NCBI GenBank assembly: GCA_030591685.1
Contig: JAUVAX010000016.1
Coordinates: 1 to 48,186 of the forward strand
Reading direction: 5' to 3'
Origin: Pseudobdellovibrionaceae bacterium
Lineage (GTDB): Bacteria > Bdellovibrionota > Bdellovibrionia > Bdellovibrionales > UBA1609
Length of the DNA: 48,186 nucleotides
Below the pieces are notes generated by a model that made no database searches, was not told the DNA's origin, and saw only the letters and a list, made by a program, of their open reading frames with translations. Within the stretch, counting starts at the first letter, position 1; each line of letters opens with the position of its first letter. This document shows, in pieces, positions 18,603 through 27,532 of this stretch. The position numbers and the translations under genes are program-made.

Positions 18603-18680
18603 ATACGTTAGTCTAGTTAGTCAATACGTTGGTCTAGTTTGCCTAGACTCGACTAAAGTTCACCCAGACTCGACCGAAGT
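18603..18680 (+). promoter_or_regulatory. sigma28 promoter of fla4 with upstream boxes
   Basis: ATACGTTRGTCTAGTT x2 (21-bp period); GTCTAG-N5-CTAGAC-N5-TAAA-N15-ACCGAAGT. Confidence 0.85.
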
Positions 18681-18687
18681 AGTGGTA

Positions 18688-18895
18688 TACAAAGCAGCAG
18701 ACCTTGGACGGTCAGAACTTAGTTAAGCTTTTGAGTGACTGCTTAAGCTTAATTAAAAAAACTAAGTTCATTTCCTCAAGTTTCTTCTGCTCCAACATGT
18801 TCAACCAAGCCTATGATGGGCTGTTCTTGGCGGGCGGTTAGGGTCCGCCAAGAGCAGGGAAGATGGAATCTTTCTTAAAAAACGAGGAGAGTCTA
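18688..18895 (+). ncRNA. Conserved structured 5' leader of fla4
   Basis: Same hairpin order and conserved loops as the fla5 leader, with compensatory stem changes. Confidence 0.7.
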
Positions 18896-19729
18896 ATGTC
18901 ACTCAACATCACAACAAACATAGCGTCTATAAACGCTCAAAAAACAATGGCCACGTCGCAACGAAGTTTAGAAAAGAGTTTTGCTCAACTTTCGTCGGGT
19001 TCAAGAATAACAAAGGCTTCAGATGATGCCGCTGGGTTATCTATAAGCGAAAACTTAAAATCAACAATCAGAGGCTACTATCAGGCCCAACGAAATGCTA
19101 ACGATGGTATTTCAATGATTCAAGTAGCAGAAGGGGGCTTGGCTGAAACCTCTAATATATTAACTCGTTTAAGAGAATTAGGAGTACAAGCCGCGTCAGA
19201 TACAGTTGGTGACACAGAGAGAGGCTTTATTAATCAAGAAGTTCAACAGTTAAAAAGTGAAGTTCAGCGTATTGCCGAATCTACCAGGTATAACGGAACA
19301 AACCTACTTGATGGTAGCGGTGAGGAGTTTTCATTTCAAATAGATATAGGCAATGATGAGTTCAGAGATCGAATTTCATTTGATGCTTCAGCTCAAGAGG
19401 TCACCCTGGGTGCACTTGATATATCTAACTTTGATTATGCTGAAAAAGACGGAGCCAGAGATGCGCTTTCTGTTTTAGAAGATGCTCAAACAAGCGTCAA
19501 CGGGCACAGGGCAACTCTTGGAGCACTTCAGAATCGCCTTATTTCGACTTCAGAGAATTTAAACAATGCTATTGAAAACTTTTCGGCAGCTAACTCTCGA
19601 ATTAGAGATACTGACGTAGCTCAATCTAGCGCCGACTTAGCAAAGGGCCAGGTTTTAAATGCAGCCTCTATTAGTGTCCTGGCTCAGGCCAATCAAATGC
19701 CGCAATCAGCACTTCGCTTAATAGGTTAA
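18896..19729 (+). CDS. fliC: Flagellin (fla4), 277 aa
   Basis: Start moved to ATG 18896 after GAGGAG; MSLNITTNIAS matches fla5. Confidence 0.97.
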   Translation: MSLNITTNIASINAQKTMATSQRSLEKSFAQLSSGSRITKASDDAAGLSISENLKSTIRGYYQAQRNANDGISMIQVAEGGLAETSNILTRLRELGVQAASDTVGDTERGFINQEVQQLKSEVQRIAESTRYNGTNLLDGSGEEFSFQIDIGNDEFRDRISFDASAQEVTLGALDISNFDYAEKDGARDALSVLEDAQTSVNGHRATLGALQNRLISTSENLNNAIENFSAANSRIRDTDVAQSSADLAKGQVLNAASISVLAQANQMPQSALRLIG

Positions 19730-19762
19730 TACTTTAAAAAAAATGATATTAAAGACGTCTAG

Positions 19763-19796
19763 ACCAAGGCCCAGAAACTGGCCTTGGTTTTTTTTT
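19763..19796 (+). terminator. Terminator of fla4
   Basis: ACCAAGGCCCAG-AAA-CTGGCCTTGGT followed by T tract. Confidence 0.85.
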
Positions 19797-19919
19797 GAAC
19801 TTAAATATAGTTAGACATTATTTTTTAAAAACATAACTTCAGTTTATACCTCTGCTTTTAAAATTTACCTTCTATAAATAGTAAAAATATAAATATACCC
19901 TTAAAGCCTATGGACGAAT

Positions 19920-19990
19920 GTCTAGATCAAGTAACACCTTCGTCTAGTTATGCTCGACTCGACTTAAGTTCGCCCGGACTAGACCGAAGG
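19920..19990 (+). promoter_or_regulatory. sigma28 promoter of fla5 with upstream boxes
   Basis: GTCTAG at 19920 and 19942; GTCTAG-N5-CTCGAC-N5-TTAA-N15-ACCGAAGG. Confidence 0.85.
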
Positions 19991-19997
19991 GTTGTTA

Positions 19998-20204
19998 TAA
20001 CAAGCAGCAAGACTTTCGGCGGTCAGACTTTAGTAAGCCTTTATGTGACTGTATCGGTTTAAATAGAGCTAAAGTCAGACAAAGAAAAATTTGCAGCTCT
20101 AACATGTTCAACCCAATCCATGATGGATATCTGACGTGCGGGAGGTTAGGCCCGTTCATTAGGATTAAGAGCAAAGAGGCTCTTAAAAACCAAAGGAGAG
20201 TACT
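19998..20204 (+). ncRNA. Conserved structured 5' leader of fla5
   Basis: Homologous to the fla4 leader. Confidence 0.7.
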
Positions 20205-21038
20205 ATGTCACTCAATATAACAACAAACATAGCGTCTATAAACGCTCAAAAAACAATGGCCACGTCGCAAAGAAATTTAGAAAAGAGCTTTGCTCAACTT
20301 TCGTCGGGTTCAAGAATAACAAAGGCTTCAGATGATGCTGCGGGGCTATCTATAAGCGAAAACTTAAAATCAACAATCAGAGGCTACTATCAAGCACAGC
20401 GTAACGCGAGTGATGGTATTTCAATGATTCAAGTAGCTGAAGGAGGTTTGGCTGAAACCTCTAATATATTAACCCGTTTAAGGGAGCTAGGAGTTCAGGC
20501 CGCATCAGATACCGTTGGCAATACTGAACGAGGATTTATAAATAAAGAAGTTCAGCAGCTAAAAAGTGAGATTCAACGTATTTCTCAAGCAACAAGATAT
20601 AATGGTACAAACCTTTTAGATGGTAGCGGTGAAGAGTTTTCATTTCAGGTAGATATCGGTAATGATGATTTTAGAGATCGAATTTCATTCGATGCATCAG
20701 CACAAGAAAGCACATTAAGTGCTCTTGATGTAGGAAGCTTTGACTATTCAGATAAAGATGGCGCCAGGGAGGCACTTTCAGTTTTAGAGGACGCACAAAC
20801 TACTGTTAACGGTCACCGAGCAACGCTTGGTGCACTTCAAAATCGATTAATTTCAACCTCTGAGAACTTAAATAACGCCATTGAAAATTTCTCGGCGGCC
20901 AATTCTCGAATTAGAGATACAGATGTAGCTCAATCTAGTGCAGATTTAGCAAAGGGACAGGTTTTAAATGCAGCCGCAATTAGTGTTCTTTCGCAGGCCA
21001 ATCAAATGCCACAATCAGCACTTAGATTAATTGGATAA
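20205..21038 (+). CDS. fliC: Flagellin (fla5)
   Basis: Close paralogue of fla4; AAGGAG RBS. Confidence 0.97.
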   Translation: MSLNITTNIASINAQKTMATSQRNLEKSFAQLSSGSRITKASDDAAGLSISENLKSTIRGYYQAQRNASDGISMIQVAEGGLAETSNILTRLRELGVQAASDTVGNTERGFINKEVQQLKSEIQRISQATRYNGTNLLDGSGEEFSFQVDIGNDDFRDRISFDASAQESTLSALDVGSFDYSDKDGAREALSVLEDAQTTVNGHRATLGALQNRLISTSENLNNAIENFSAANSRIRDTDVAQSSADLAKGQVLNAAAISVLSQANQMPQSALRLIG

Positions 21039-21104
21039 TAAATTTTAAGAGTTAAAATTTGGCAGGGGAGAACTCTCCATTCCGGCCAGATCTAACCTAA
21101 CCTA

Positions 21105-21133
21105 CCTAAGGGCTCCGCAGCCCTTAGGTTTTT
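21105..21133 (+). terminator. Terminator of fla5
   Basis: CCTAAGGGCT-CCGC-AGCCCTTAGG-TTTTT. Confidence 0.9.
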
Positions 21134-21149
21134 CTAGTTATATGTCCTA

Positions 21150-21177
21150 TAAAGAAGACCGCTTATAATACCGATCC
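21150..21177 (+). promoter_or_regulatory. Possible sigma28 promoter of flaG-like gene
   Basis: TAAA-N16-ACCGATCC ending 10 nt before the ATG. Confidence 0.5.
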
Positions 21178-21187
21178 TCACCTTAAG

Positions 21188-21559
21188 ATGAATATAAAAT
21201 CACTTTCGAACATTATAACGCCCACAGATACGTTAACTCGAGTGGATAAAAAAGCTGAGGTTAAGGCCGAGCAAAGTGGTGAACGAGATGCAGATGGACG
21301 ACGACAACAGGACTCAGGTCCTGAAAAGCATTCTATAAATGATGAGGAGCTTCAAATAATTTTAGAAGCCTTAAAATCAATACCCGGAGTGATGGAACAT
21401 GATTTGATAATCCGTCCTCAAGAGATAAATAATTCATACTTTTTCTTTATTGAGGATAATAAGGGCAAAGTAATTCGTCGACTTAACACTAAAGAGGCGT
21501 GGGCCGTTCACCTTAGTAATGATCAGCCTAAAGGGCAGCTTTTAGACAAATCAATGTAG
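21188..21559 (+). CDS. flaG: FlaG-like flagellar protein
   Basis: Between flagellin and fliD; IEDNKGKVIRRL...GQLLDK pattern. Confidence 0.65.
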   Translation: MNIKSLSNIITPTDTLTRVDKKAEVKAEQSGERDADGRRQQDSGPEKHSINDEELQIILEALKSIPGVMEHDLIIRPQEINNSYFFFIEDNKGKVIRRLNTKEAWAVHLSNDQPKGQLLDKSM

Positions 21560-21677
21560 GGCTCTATCGGTAGTTCTTACCTATGTATTTGGTCTATGAC
21601 ATTCAATTGACTCACATAAATAATTAAATATTTGCAATAATTAAGTAAGGGTAATGACCTTTTTTAGGAGGATGATA

Positions 21678-23042
21678 GTGCCTATTACTTTCGGGGGAAT
21701 GGCTTCGGGATTACCGCCCAACATTGTTGAGCAGTTAATGGAGGCCGAAAAAATGCCCATAAGAAATATGGAAGTTAAAAAAGCTAAATCTGAAAGCAGA
21801 TTAAAGCTTGTTAACGAATTGGATGAAAAATTATCATCTATTGGTGACTCTATAGGCACTCTTGCCTCTGTTCATGGATTTAATGATTATAAAGTTTTAT
21901 CAGGTGATCCTAATATTATTCAAGGTTCCGTGGACCCGTTAACTTCACGGCCCGGAAATTGGAATATCGAAGTAAAGCAATTGGCCAGAAAGGCCGCTGC
22001 AATAACAAATGGGTTTCCTGATAAAGATAGAACTGAAATCGGGACGGGGTACTTTAAATTTGAAACCCCTGATGGTGAACGAGAGGTATACATAAAAGGC
22101 GAAAACAGTACTCTTCAAGGGGCTGTGCACGCGATTAATAATGCGAATATAGGGGTGAGGGCCTCGGTAATTAATGATCGTAAGTATCCAGAAAATCCAT
22201 ATAAAATTATGATCTCCGGAGATAACGTTGGCGACGACAACAGTGTGAAATATCCAACATTATATTTTCTCGATGGGGATCAAGATTTATATTTTGACCA
22301 AGAAAGAGAGGCTCAAAATGGCCTTATTAAAGTCGATGGATTTGAATTTGAAATTTCTGACAACTCAGTAGAGGACCTTATACCCGGTGTGGTTTTAGAG
22401 CTAAAGCAGGCCGCCCCTGATAGGCAAGTTAATGTAACGGTCACAGAAGATAGGGAAGTGGTCGCAGGTAAAGTAAAAGAATTTGTAGATGCGATTAACG
22501 GGGTTCTGGGGTTTATACAAACTCAAAACAGATTGTCAAAAGACGTCGACACTTCAAAGACCCTTGGCGGGGATGGCATGATCAGGGGTATAGAGACAAG
22601 GATGCGCCGACTTATTCAAGGGGCACAAATGGGAGTTCAGGGCCCGATAAAACGACTCAGTCAAATTGGTATTCAGTTTAATCGGGGGGGCACACTCGAC
22701 TATAAAGAAGAAACTTTTAATGCTGTGTTGGCAAAAGATCCAGATGCAGTCCAAAAATTTCTAGCCGGCGATGGGTTTTCTGTAGGGTTTATACCAAGCA
22801 TGAAAAATACACTTTCCATTGTTCAAGATAAAGTCTTTGGCCCAGTAGGTTCTAGGAGAAAGTCCCTACAGGGAAAAATCCGAAGAATAGACGACCAAAT
22901 AACGAGAAAGGAAGACCAGCTTGAAAAAAAAGAACAAACACTCAGGCGAAAGTTTGCAAACTTAGAAACGCAAATGTCAAAGCTTAAGTCCCAAGGGGGC
23001 CAGGTTGCAGCAATTGCCAGCATTGGAATGCAAACAGGATAA
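21678..23042 (+). CDS. fliD: Flagellar filament cap protein
   Basis: GMASGL...IVEQLMEAEK, IEVKQLA, AQNG..KVDG, LIPGVVLELK; GTG 21678 fits the AGGAGG RBS (ORF track starts at 21654). Confidence 0.93.
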   Translation: MPITFGGMASGLPPNIVEQLMEAEKMPIRNMEVKKAKSESRLKLVNELDEKLSSIGDSIGTLASVHGFNDYKVLSGDPNIIQGSVDPLTSRPGNWNIEVKQLARKAAAITNGFPDKDRTEIGTGYFKFETPDGEREVYIKGENSTLQGAVHAINNANIGVRASVINDRKYPENPYKIMISGDNVGDDNSVKYPTLYFLDGDQDLYFDQEREAQNGLIKVDGFEFEISDNSVEDLIPGVVLELKQAAPDRQVNVTVTEDREVVAGKVKEFVDAINGVLGFIQTQNRLSKDVDTSKTLGGDGMIRGIETRMRRLIQGAQMGVQGPIKRLSQIGIQFNRGGTLDYKEETFNAVLAKDPDAVQKFLAGDGFSVGFIPSMKNTLSIVQDKVFGPVGSRRKSLQGKIRRIDDQITRKEDQLEKKEQTLRRKFANLETQMSKLKSQGGQVAAIASIGMQTG

Positions 23043-23095
23043 ACATTTATGAATATGAGCCGATATATAAACATAAGTAAAGGAAGTAATGATTA

Positions 23096-23506
23096 ATGAA
23101 AAACCCATACCAGCAGTACAAAAAAACATCTATAGAAAGTGCCAGTCGAGAAAAGCTTCTTCTAATGATGTATGAAGGGGCCATTAGGTTTGTAAAAAAA
23201 GCAATGATAGCTATAGATAATAAAGACATTGCACAACGTGGTTATAATATTGGCCGTGCCTTTGATGTGATAATGGAACTAAATAACACCCTAGATCATC
23301 AGGTGGGTGGAGAAATTGCTGTTAACTTAGAGTCGTTATATATGTTTATGACCGATAAGCTCACTCAAGCAAATATTAATAATGATAAACAGGGCCTTGA
23401 AGAGGTATTAAAACCACTGACAACACTTTATGACGGTTGGAAAGTGGCTATTGAGCAACTTAAAAAAAATGAAATTAAACATACTCAATCTATGGAGGGA
23501 AAATGA
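23096..23506 (+). CDS. fliS: Flagellin export chaperone
   Basis: ASREKLLLMMYEGAI...GGEIAVNLESLY. Confidence 0.95.
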   Translation: MKNPYQQYKKTSIESASREKLLLMMYEGAIRFVKKAMIAIDNKDIAQRGYNIGRAFDVIMELNNTLDHQVGGEIAVNLESLYMFMTDKLTQANINNDKQGLEEVLKPLTTLYDGWKVAIEQLKKNEIKHTQSMEGK

Positions 23507-23934
23507 GTCAAATATCAAACCTACTAAGCGAAAAAAACGAGTACCTAGATAAATTTTATGCTTTAAATTCTGCGGAATTAGTAAGAATTTTAGATGGTGA
23601 TTTTGAAAATTTAGATACTTTTTATAATGCTAGGGATTGTATTCTGAATATGATAAACAGTGTTGATAAAAGAATTAATGATTTAAACAGAGGGTTACTA
23701 ACTCCTGAAAAACTAAGCGTTCAGGATAGAAAAGTAGTATTACGCGCACTTGATAAAAAAAATGACATGGTTCAACAAATTTTATCACTTGATCTACAGA
23801 TTTTAAGTGCAATTGAAGACAAAAAATCATCCATAATTAAGGAATTGGGCCAAACACGAATCACAAAACGTGCAATGGGGTCATATAAATCGGGTAAGTC
23901 TCGATCAAAAACCTCTTTTGATGAAAACGTATAA
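23503..23934 (+). CDS. Helical protein, possibly a FliT/FlgN-type chaperone
   Basis: Overlaps the fliS stop; size and position only. Confidence 0.55.
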   Translation: MSQISNLLSEKNEYLDKFYALNSAELVRILDGDFENLDTFYNARDCILNMINSVDKRINDLNRGLLTPEKLSVQDRKVVLRALDKKNDMVQQILSLDLQILSAIEDKKSSIIKELGQTRITKRAMGSYKSGKSRSKTSFDENV

Positions 23935-23941
23935 ATAATTA

Positions 23942-23967
23942 GTTTCTGCCGCATACGCGGCAGAAAC
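23942..23967 (+). terminator. Strong hairpin after the fliD-fliS operon
   Basis: GTTTCTGCCGC-ATAC-GCGGCAGAAAC; no U tract. Confidence 0.55.
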
Positions 23968-24156
23968 AGCACTCTGAAAAATTAGTTCAACGGGTCTCTG
24001 CGTATCACGTAGGTTTCGCTCAATCCTGATTTTTTCTGAATCACAGTTCACTTCGCCTCACCCTAAGTCCGGTCAAAAAAATGCTTACTTTTATCAGACT
24101 CGACAGTCTTATGACTCAATTTGGGACTCAAATACAAATTGGTTGTCCCCAATCAT

Positions 24157-24172
24157 TGGCATTCATGTTGCT
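24157..24172 (+). promoter_or_regulatory. sigma54 promoter
   Basis: TGGCAT-TCATG-TTGCT, GG-N10-GC. Confidence 0.8.
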
Positions 24173-24206
24173 TATATAACTAACTTAGTAGAAAGGTGCG
24201 TGAGTC

Positions 24207-25301
24207 ATGGAATTATATAAAAAGTCAAAGTATCCAAAATCAGTCGATGGTCCAGGGTCTGATAAAGAGCAAGAACAGTATGAGGGTTTAAATTGTTACC
24301 CAATAGAACACACGGATATTGTCCTTGAAGAGTTTGATAAAGAGGCCTCTGAAACTGAAATTAGATATGGAATTAATAAAGTCCTATCAAGTGCTGAAGC
24401 TCAAGAGGATCTGCTTTTACAAAACGCAGACATACTTATTTTAAATGCTGAATATGAGCTAGCCCTTACCCTTCTAAAAGAAGCCATTCATTTAAATCCG
24501 CAGCAGGACGTAACTATTAAAAAAATGGGACAGTGTTTTATGGGGCTTGGCCGTGTTGAAAAAGCCATTGAGTGCTTTAAGTCAGCTACAGTTAGATCAA
24601 AAACACCATCAAACCTAGCTCTTCTAGCAAAAGCTTATTATTCATCAGGTAGTGATGAGCAGGCTTTAGAGTTTTACCTGTTATCACTGGAGAGCAAAGG
24701 ATTAATTCCCTCGGTAGAATTTGAAGTTTATAAAAATATTGGAAATATTTATGTTCGAGCAGGCGAATTAGACTTAGCAGAGCAAAATTACAATAGGGCT
24801 TACACATTAAACCCAAAATCTGACATTTTATTGGTTAACTATGGGACTCTTGAAATGCAAAAGCAAAATTTTGATCTTGCACTTGAAAACTTTAGAAAGG
24901 CAATAGGGTTAAATAAAAATAATGACAAGGCCTGGGTGGGGTTGGCACTTATACACCGTGAGTATGGAGATCATGTGCTGTCGTGGGCAAACTTAGAGAG
25001 AGCTTTAGATCTAAATTCAAAAAACCCAATAGCACTACAAATATATATAGATTGGGGGATGAAGGACTCGTGTGAACACAGAGTTATCGCTTGGCTTGAA
25101 AATTATTTAATTAAAAACCCAAAAGATTCAAACGTCAGCTCTGTTTTAGCACAATTACTCTTTAGAATGGAGCGATTTAAACACTGCGAATTTGAGCTTA
25201 AGCGAACGTTAAGCCTCGACCCGAGTAATATAGAAGCTCTAAAGTTGAAACCCTTGGCGCATGCAAGCCGCATTAAAAAACTTAATGGAGACTTTCGTTG
25301 A
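24207..25301 (+). CDS. Tetratricopeptide-repeat protein
   Basis: Repeated A..F..AL.LNP TPR pattern. Confidence 0.9.
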   Translation: MELYKKSKYPKSVDGPGSDKEQEQYEGLNCYPIEHTDIVLEEFDKEASETEIRYGINKVLSSAEAQEDLLLQNADILILNAEYELALTLLKEAIHLNPQQDVTIKKMGQCFMGLGRVEKAIECFKSATVRSKTPSNLALLAKAYYSSGSDEQALEFYLLSLESKGLIPSVEFEVYKNIGNIYVRAGELDLAEQNYNRAYTLNPKSDILLVNYGTLEMQKQNFDLALENFRKAIGLNKNNDKAWVGLALIHREYGDHVLSWANLERALDLNSKNPIALQIYIDWGMKDSCEHRVIAWLENYLIKNPKDSNVSSVLAQLLFRMERFKHCEFELKRTLSLDPSNIEALKLKPLAHASRIKKLNGDFR

Positions 25302-25894
25302 TTAAAATTGGTCAGGCAAAAAATAATTTAAAAATTATTATTCAAGATGGTATGCCCATGTGCTCGGAGTATGACCCTGAGAAGGAATCCCAGCGATGGG
25401 CGAGCCGACAAAATGTTAAAAGTTACGAGGCTATAATATTTATAGGTGCTGGGAGTGGATATAAAATAGCTGAAGTGGCAAGTCTTAATGTGAGTGCTAA
25501 AATAGTTGTTATTGAGCCCAGCATGAGAACGATTACTTTAATTAAATCTATTCACGGAGCAAGAGTCGAGGGGGTAAATTTTGTAAATGCCTCAACATCA
25601 GAGTGTGTCTTTTCAAATAGTGAGGTTCAGTCAGCTCTGATGTTAAAATACAAAGTGATGAATTTGTTGTATTCGCATATGTCTAATGGGATTAAGGATC
25701 ATGAAGAACTCTATAATGATCTACTTGGTCGAACACAAGTTGGATTAAGAAAAATCCTCTCCCTCAGGTCAGTTAGAGACATAAACTTAAACTTATCAAT
25801 TAGCAGTGAGCTTTTAAGTATAAAACATTATAAGCACACTTCAAGTACAAGCATGAATAATAAAATTCAACTTTTAAATGAGCTAATTAAATGA
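25298..25894 (+). CDS. Maf-like N-terminal domain protein
   Basis: SEYDPEKESQRW...IFIGAGSGY...IVVIEP resembles the N-terminus of motility-associated factor proteins; catalytic part not seen. Confidence 0.6.
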   Translation: MIKIGQAKNNLKIIIQDGMPMCSEYDPEKESQRWASRQNVKSYEAIIFIGAGSGYKIAEVASLNVSAKIVVIEPSMRTITLIKSIHGARVEGVNFVNASTSECVFSNSEVQSALMLKYKVMNLLYSHMSNGIKDHEELYNDLLGRTQVGLRKILSLRSVRDINLNLSISSELLSIKHYKHTSSTSMNNKIQLLNELIK

Positions 25895-27378
25895 ATATTA
25901 TCGATGGCGAAAAAAGTAAAAAAAGAATTTTAGTCATAGCACTTTTAAGAATTGGAGATAATATAGCCTTGTCTCCAGCCTTGGATTGCCTTAAAAAAAA
26001 ATATAATGATAGTGAAATTGACATAATTATAAATGAAAACTTCAAATCTATGTCAGATATGCTCCCATTTATTAATTCAGTACATACGTTTCCAAGAAAA
26101 GAGCTGCAACATTTAATCTCAAACCCCGATTCGAGTTTTTTTGAAAGCATAGATGTGCTAACAAAATTCATTGATACTATAAATTTAAAAGGTGAATATG
26201 ATGTCATATATAATTTCACACACAATAAGCTCTCGGCATGCGTGACAGGACTAGTTCAATCGAGAGCCATCATTGGTATGTCGACTGATTTACGCGGAAA
26301 TTATAAAATTAAAGATCCATGGATGAACTATTTAAATGAAACGCCCGAAATGGACAATGGCTCGATCTTCCACTACAGCGATATTTATGCTAGCTCAGTA
26401 TTAGAAACAAAAAGTAAGTCCTTTAACTTAGTTGAATCTAAAACAGCGAGGGACAGGGCTTTTGATTTGATAGATCATAAAGAATATGTTGTGTTTCAGC
26501 CACTTTCTAGTGACAAAAAGAAAAATGTTAATATATCAGTAGCAGCTAATTTTTTAAAGAACTACTCAAAATCAACTGACTCTTTAACTGTATATTTGTT
26601 GGGGGCTCCGTTTGAGCAAGAGGCATTGCAAAAATTAGTGGAGTGCTCTGGTGCTCATAAAGGCTGTGTAAAAATAATTATATGCGATTTGCAGGAGGCT
26701 TTTAGTATTATTAAAAAAGCCAGCCTTGTTATTTCAGTAGACACTTCAATAAAGCATATGGCCTGTGCTGCGGGGGTAAAAGTCATTGAGTTAAGTTTAG
26801 GCTCTAGCTGTGTAGAGAAGACAGGTGCCTACTCCATGGGTAGCATTATATTGCGACCCACGGTGGAGTGCTTCCCGTGTGATCATAGACTAGAGTGCAC
26901 TCAATTAGAGTACCTATGCCAGCAGCAAATAGGCACTGACCTCATATTGAGAGTCACTCAGTCCGTATTAATAAACACAGAGCCACTAACAAAAATTGCT
27001 GAAGATTTTTTTGGTAAAAGTGAAATAATAGTGGCAGAGCGATCTCGTGTTGGATTTTGGTATGCTCGACCTGTTGAGCCAACAATGAATTATAAACATA
27101 TTTTAAATTTTATTAAAAAATATGCCATTCAGTTTTACCTCAACGGGTATTCAGAAGTCGTAGTGCCTCCATATATGAGTTGGACTCAGGATTTAAGTTT
27201 AGATTTAAATCATATTGTTACTAAAAAATGTGAAAATAAGATACGTGACCTGCTTTTAAGAGAACAAGAGGGTACTCTTAGTGAACATAGCATCGTTGAA
27301 AAAATATATTATAAATTTATAGAGTTGTTACTAACTCATCATTATAGGAGAAGCGATGAAGCCTTACAAATCAGATAA
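25891..27378 (+). CDS. Glycosyltransferase family 9 with C-terminal extension
   Basis: ILVIALLRIGD...ISVDTSIKHMACA...CFPC. Confidence 0.88.
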   Translation: MNIIDGEKSKKRILVIALLRIGDNIALSPALDCLKKKYNDSEIDIIINENFKSMSDMLPFINSVHTFPRKELQHLISNPDSSFFESIDVLTKFIDTINLKGEYDVIYNFTHNKLSACVTGLVQSRAIIGMSTDLRGNYKIKDPWMNYLNETPEMDNGSIFHYSDIYASSVLETKSKSFNLVESKTARDRAFDLIDHKEYVVFQPLSSDKKKNVNISVAANFLKNYSKSTDSLTVYLLGAPFEQEALQKLVECSGAHKGCVKIIICDLQEAFSIIKKASLVISVDTSIKHMACAAGVKVIELSLGSSCVEKTGAYSMGSIILRPTVECFPCDHRLECTQLEYLCQQQIGTDLILRVTQSVLINTEPLTKIAEDFFGKSEIIVAERSRVGFWYARPVEPTMNYKHILNFIKKYAIQFYLNGYSEVVVPPYMSWTQDLSLDLNHIVTKKCENKIRDLLLREQEGTLSEHSIVEKIYYKFIELLLTHHYRRSDEALQIR

Positions 27379-27532
27379 ATGTTTAAAAAAAGTGTTACGC
27401 ACTTTAGATGAGACAGCGAGGAGACTTGTTAATGCGCGAGGATACACGAATGAGGTCCAAAACGTAAAACTCTTAGAGGAGCTATTAAAGGAGCAACTTA
27501 TTAATGAAAATTCTCGTACTACAACTCGCTAG
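27356..27532 (+). CDS. Small 58-aa ORF bridging the two GT9 genes
   Basis: AGGAG RBS at 27346; MKPYKSDKCLKKVLRTLDETARRL...; overlaps both neighbours. Confidence 0.5.
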   Translation: MKPYKSDKCLKKVLRTLDETARRLVNARGYTNEVQNVKLLEELLKEQLINENSRTTTR

